In this document: positions 63,934 to 64,000 of the stretch, piece by piece | How positions within the stretch are numbered: the first letter of the stretch is position 1 | How the letters are laid out: every line of letters starts with the position of its first letter | Source of the DNA: Candidatus Latescibacterota bacterium | GTDB lineage: Bacteria > Latescibacterota > UBA2968 > UBA8231 | Assembly (NCBI GenBank): GCA_965206595.1 | Contig: OZ242214.1 | Location: 5,184,001 to 5,248,000 of the forward strand | Reading direction: 5' to 3' | Length of the DNA stretch: 64,000 nucleotides | Made by a program: the position numbers and the translations under genes | The notes under the pieces: generated by a model | What the model was told of the DNA's origin: nothing | What the model saw: only the letters and a program-made list of their open reading frames with translations | The model's database searches: none

Positions 63934-64000
63934 CTAAAGCCTGAGGATCAGCTTTTCCGCGGCGAGCGCGAGAACGGTCTTTTCGAAGGCGGCGGTCGCT
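63934..64000 (-). CDS. Possible 3' end of a gene running off the window
   Basis: Open frame ...ATAAFEKTVLALAAEKLILRL* on the minus strand; too short to identify. Confidence 0.3.
   Translation of the reverse strand, partial: ATAAFEKTVLALAAEKLILRL

Overview
GC-rich bacterial chromosomal segment spanning the replication origin. Left of the origin, on the minus strand: a damaged IS256 next to tandem NrdR boxes, then sucCD, frdABCD, rpmA/rplU, RNase E/G, an S41 protease, tmk, a CDP-alcohol phosphatidyltransferase, rsmG (two parS sites inside its 5' end), mnmE, yidC, yidD, rnpA and rpmH. Right of it, on the plus strand: dnaA, oriC (DnaA boxes and a trio-like element), dnaN, recF, a DciA/DUF721 gene, gyrB, gyrA, three tRNAs, a sugar ABC cluster, fumC, aspartokinase and purM. 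From about 36 kb the region is accessory. It holds oxidoreductases, a Fic gene, three PIN-type toxin-antitoxin pairs and a potADBC-like ABC operon spread over about 19 kb by inserted genes. The best candidate for an undescribed system is the co-oriented 48.2-58.0 kb block inside that operon: clan AA aspartyl protease, ABC/AAA ATPase coupled to a PD-(D/E)XK-like partner, Mrr-type nuclease possibly coupled to a secreted trypsin-like protease, a HEPN-like ORF and a ~1500-codon GHKL-ATPase/DUF3883 gene. Many accessory genes carry 1-bp indels, which may be sequencing errors, and two carry real internal deletions. All calls come from manual motif recognition; no database searches were run. Start codons adjusted from the ORF track are explained in the evidence.
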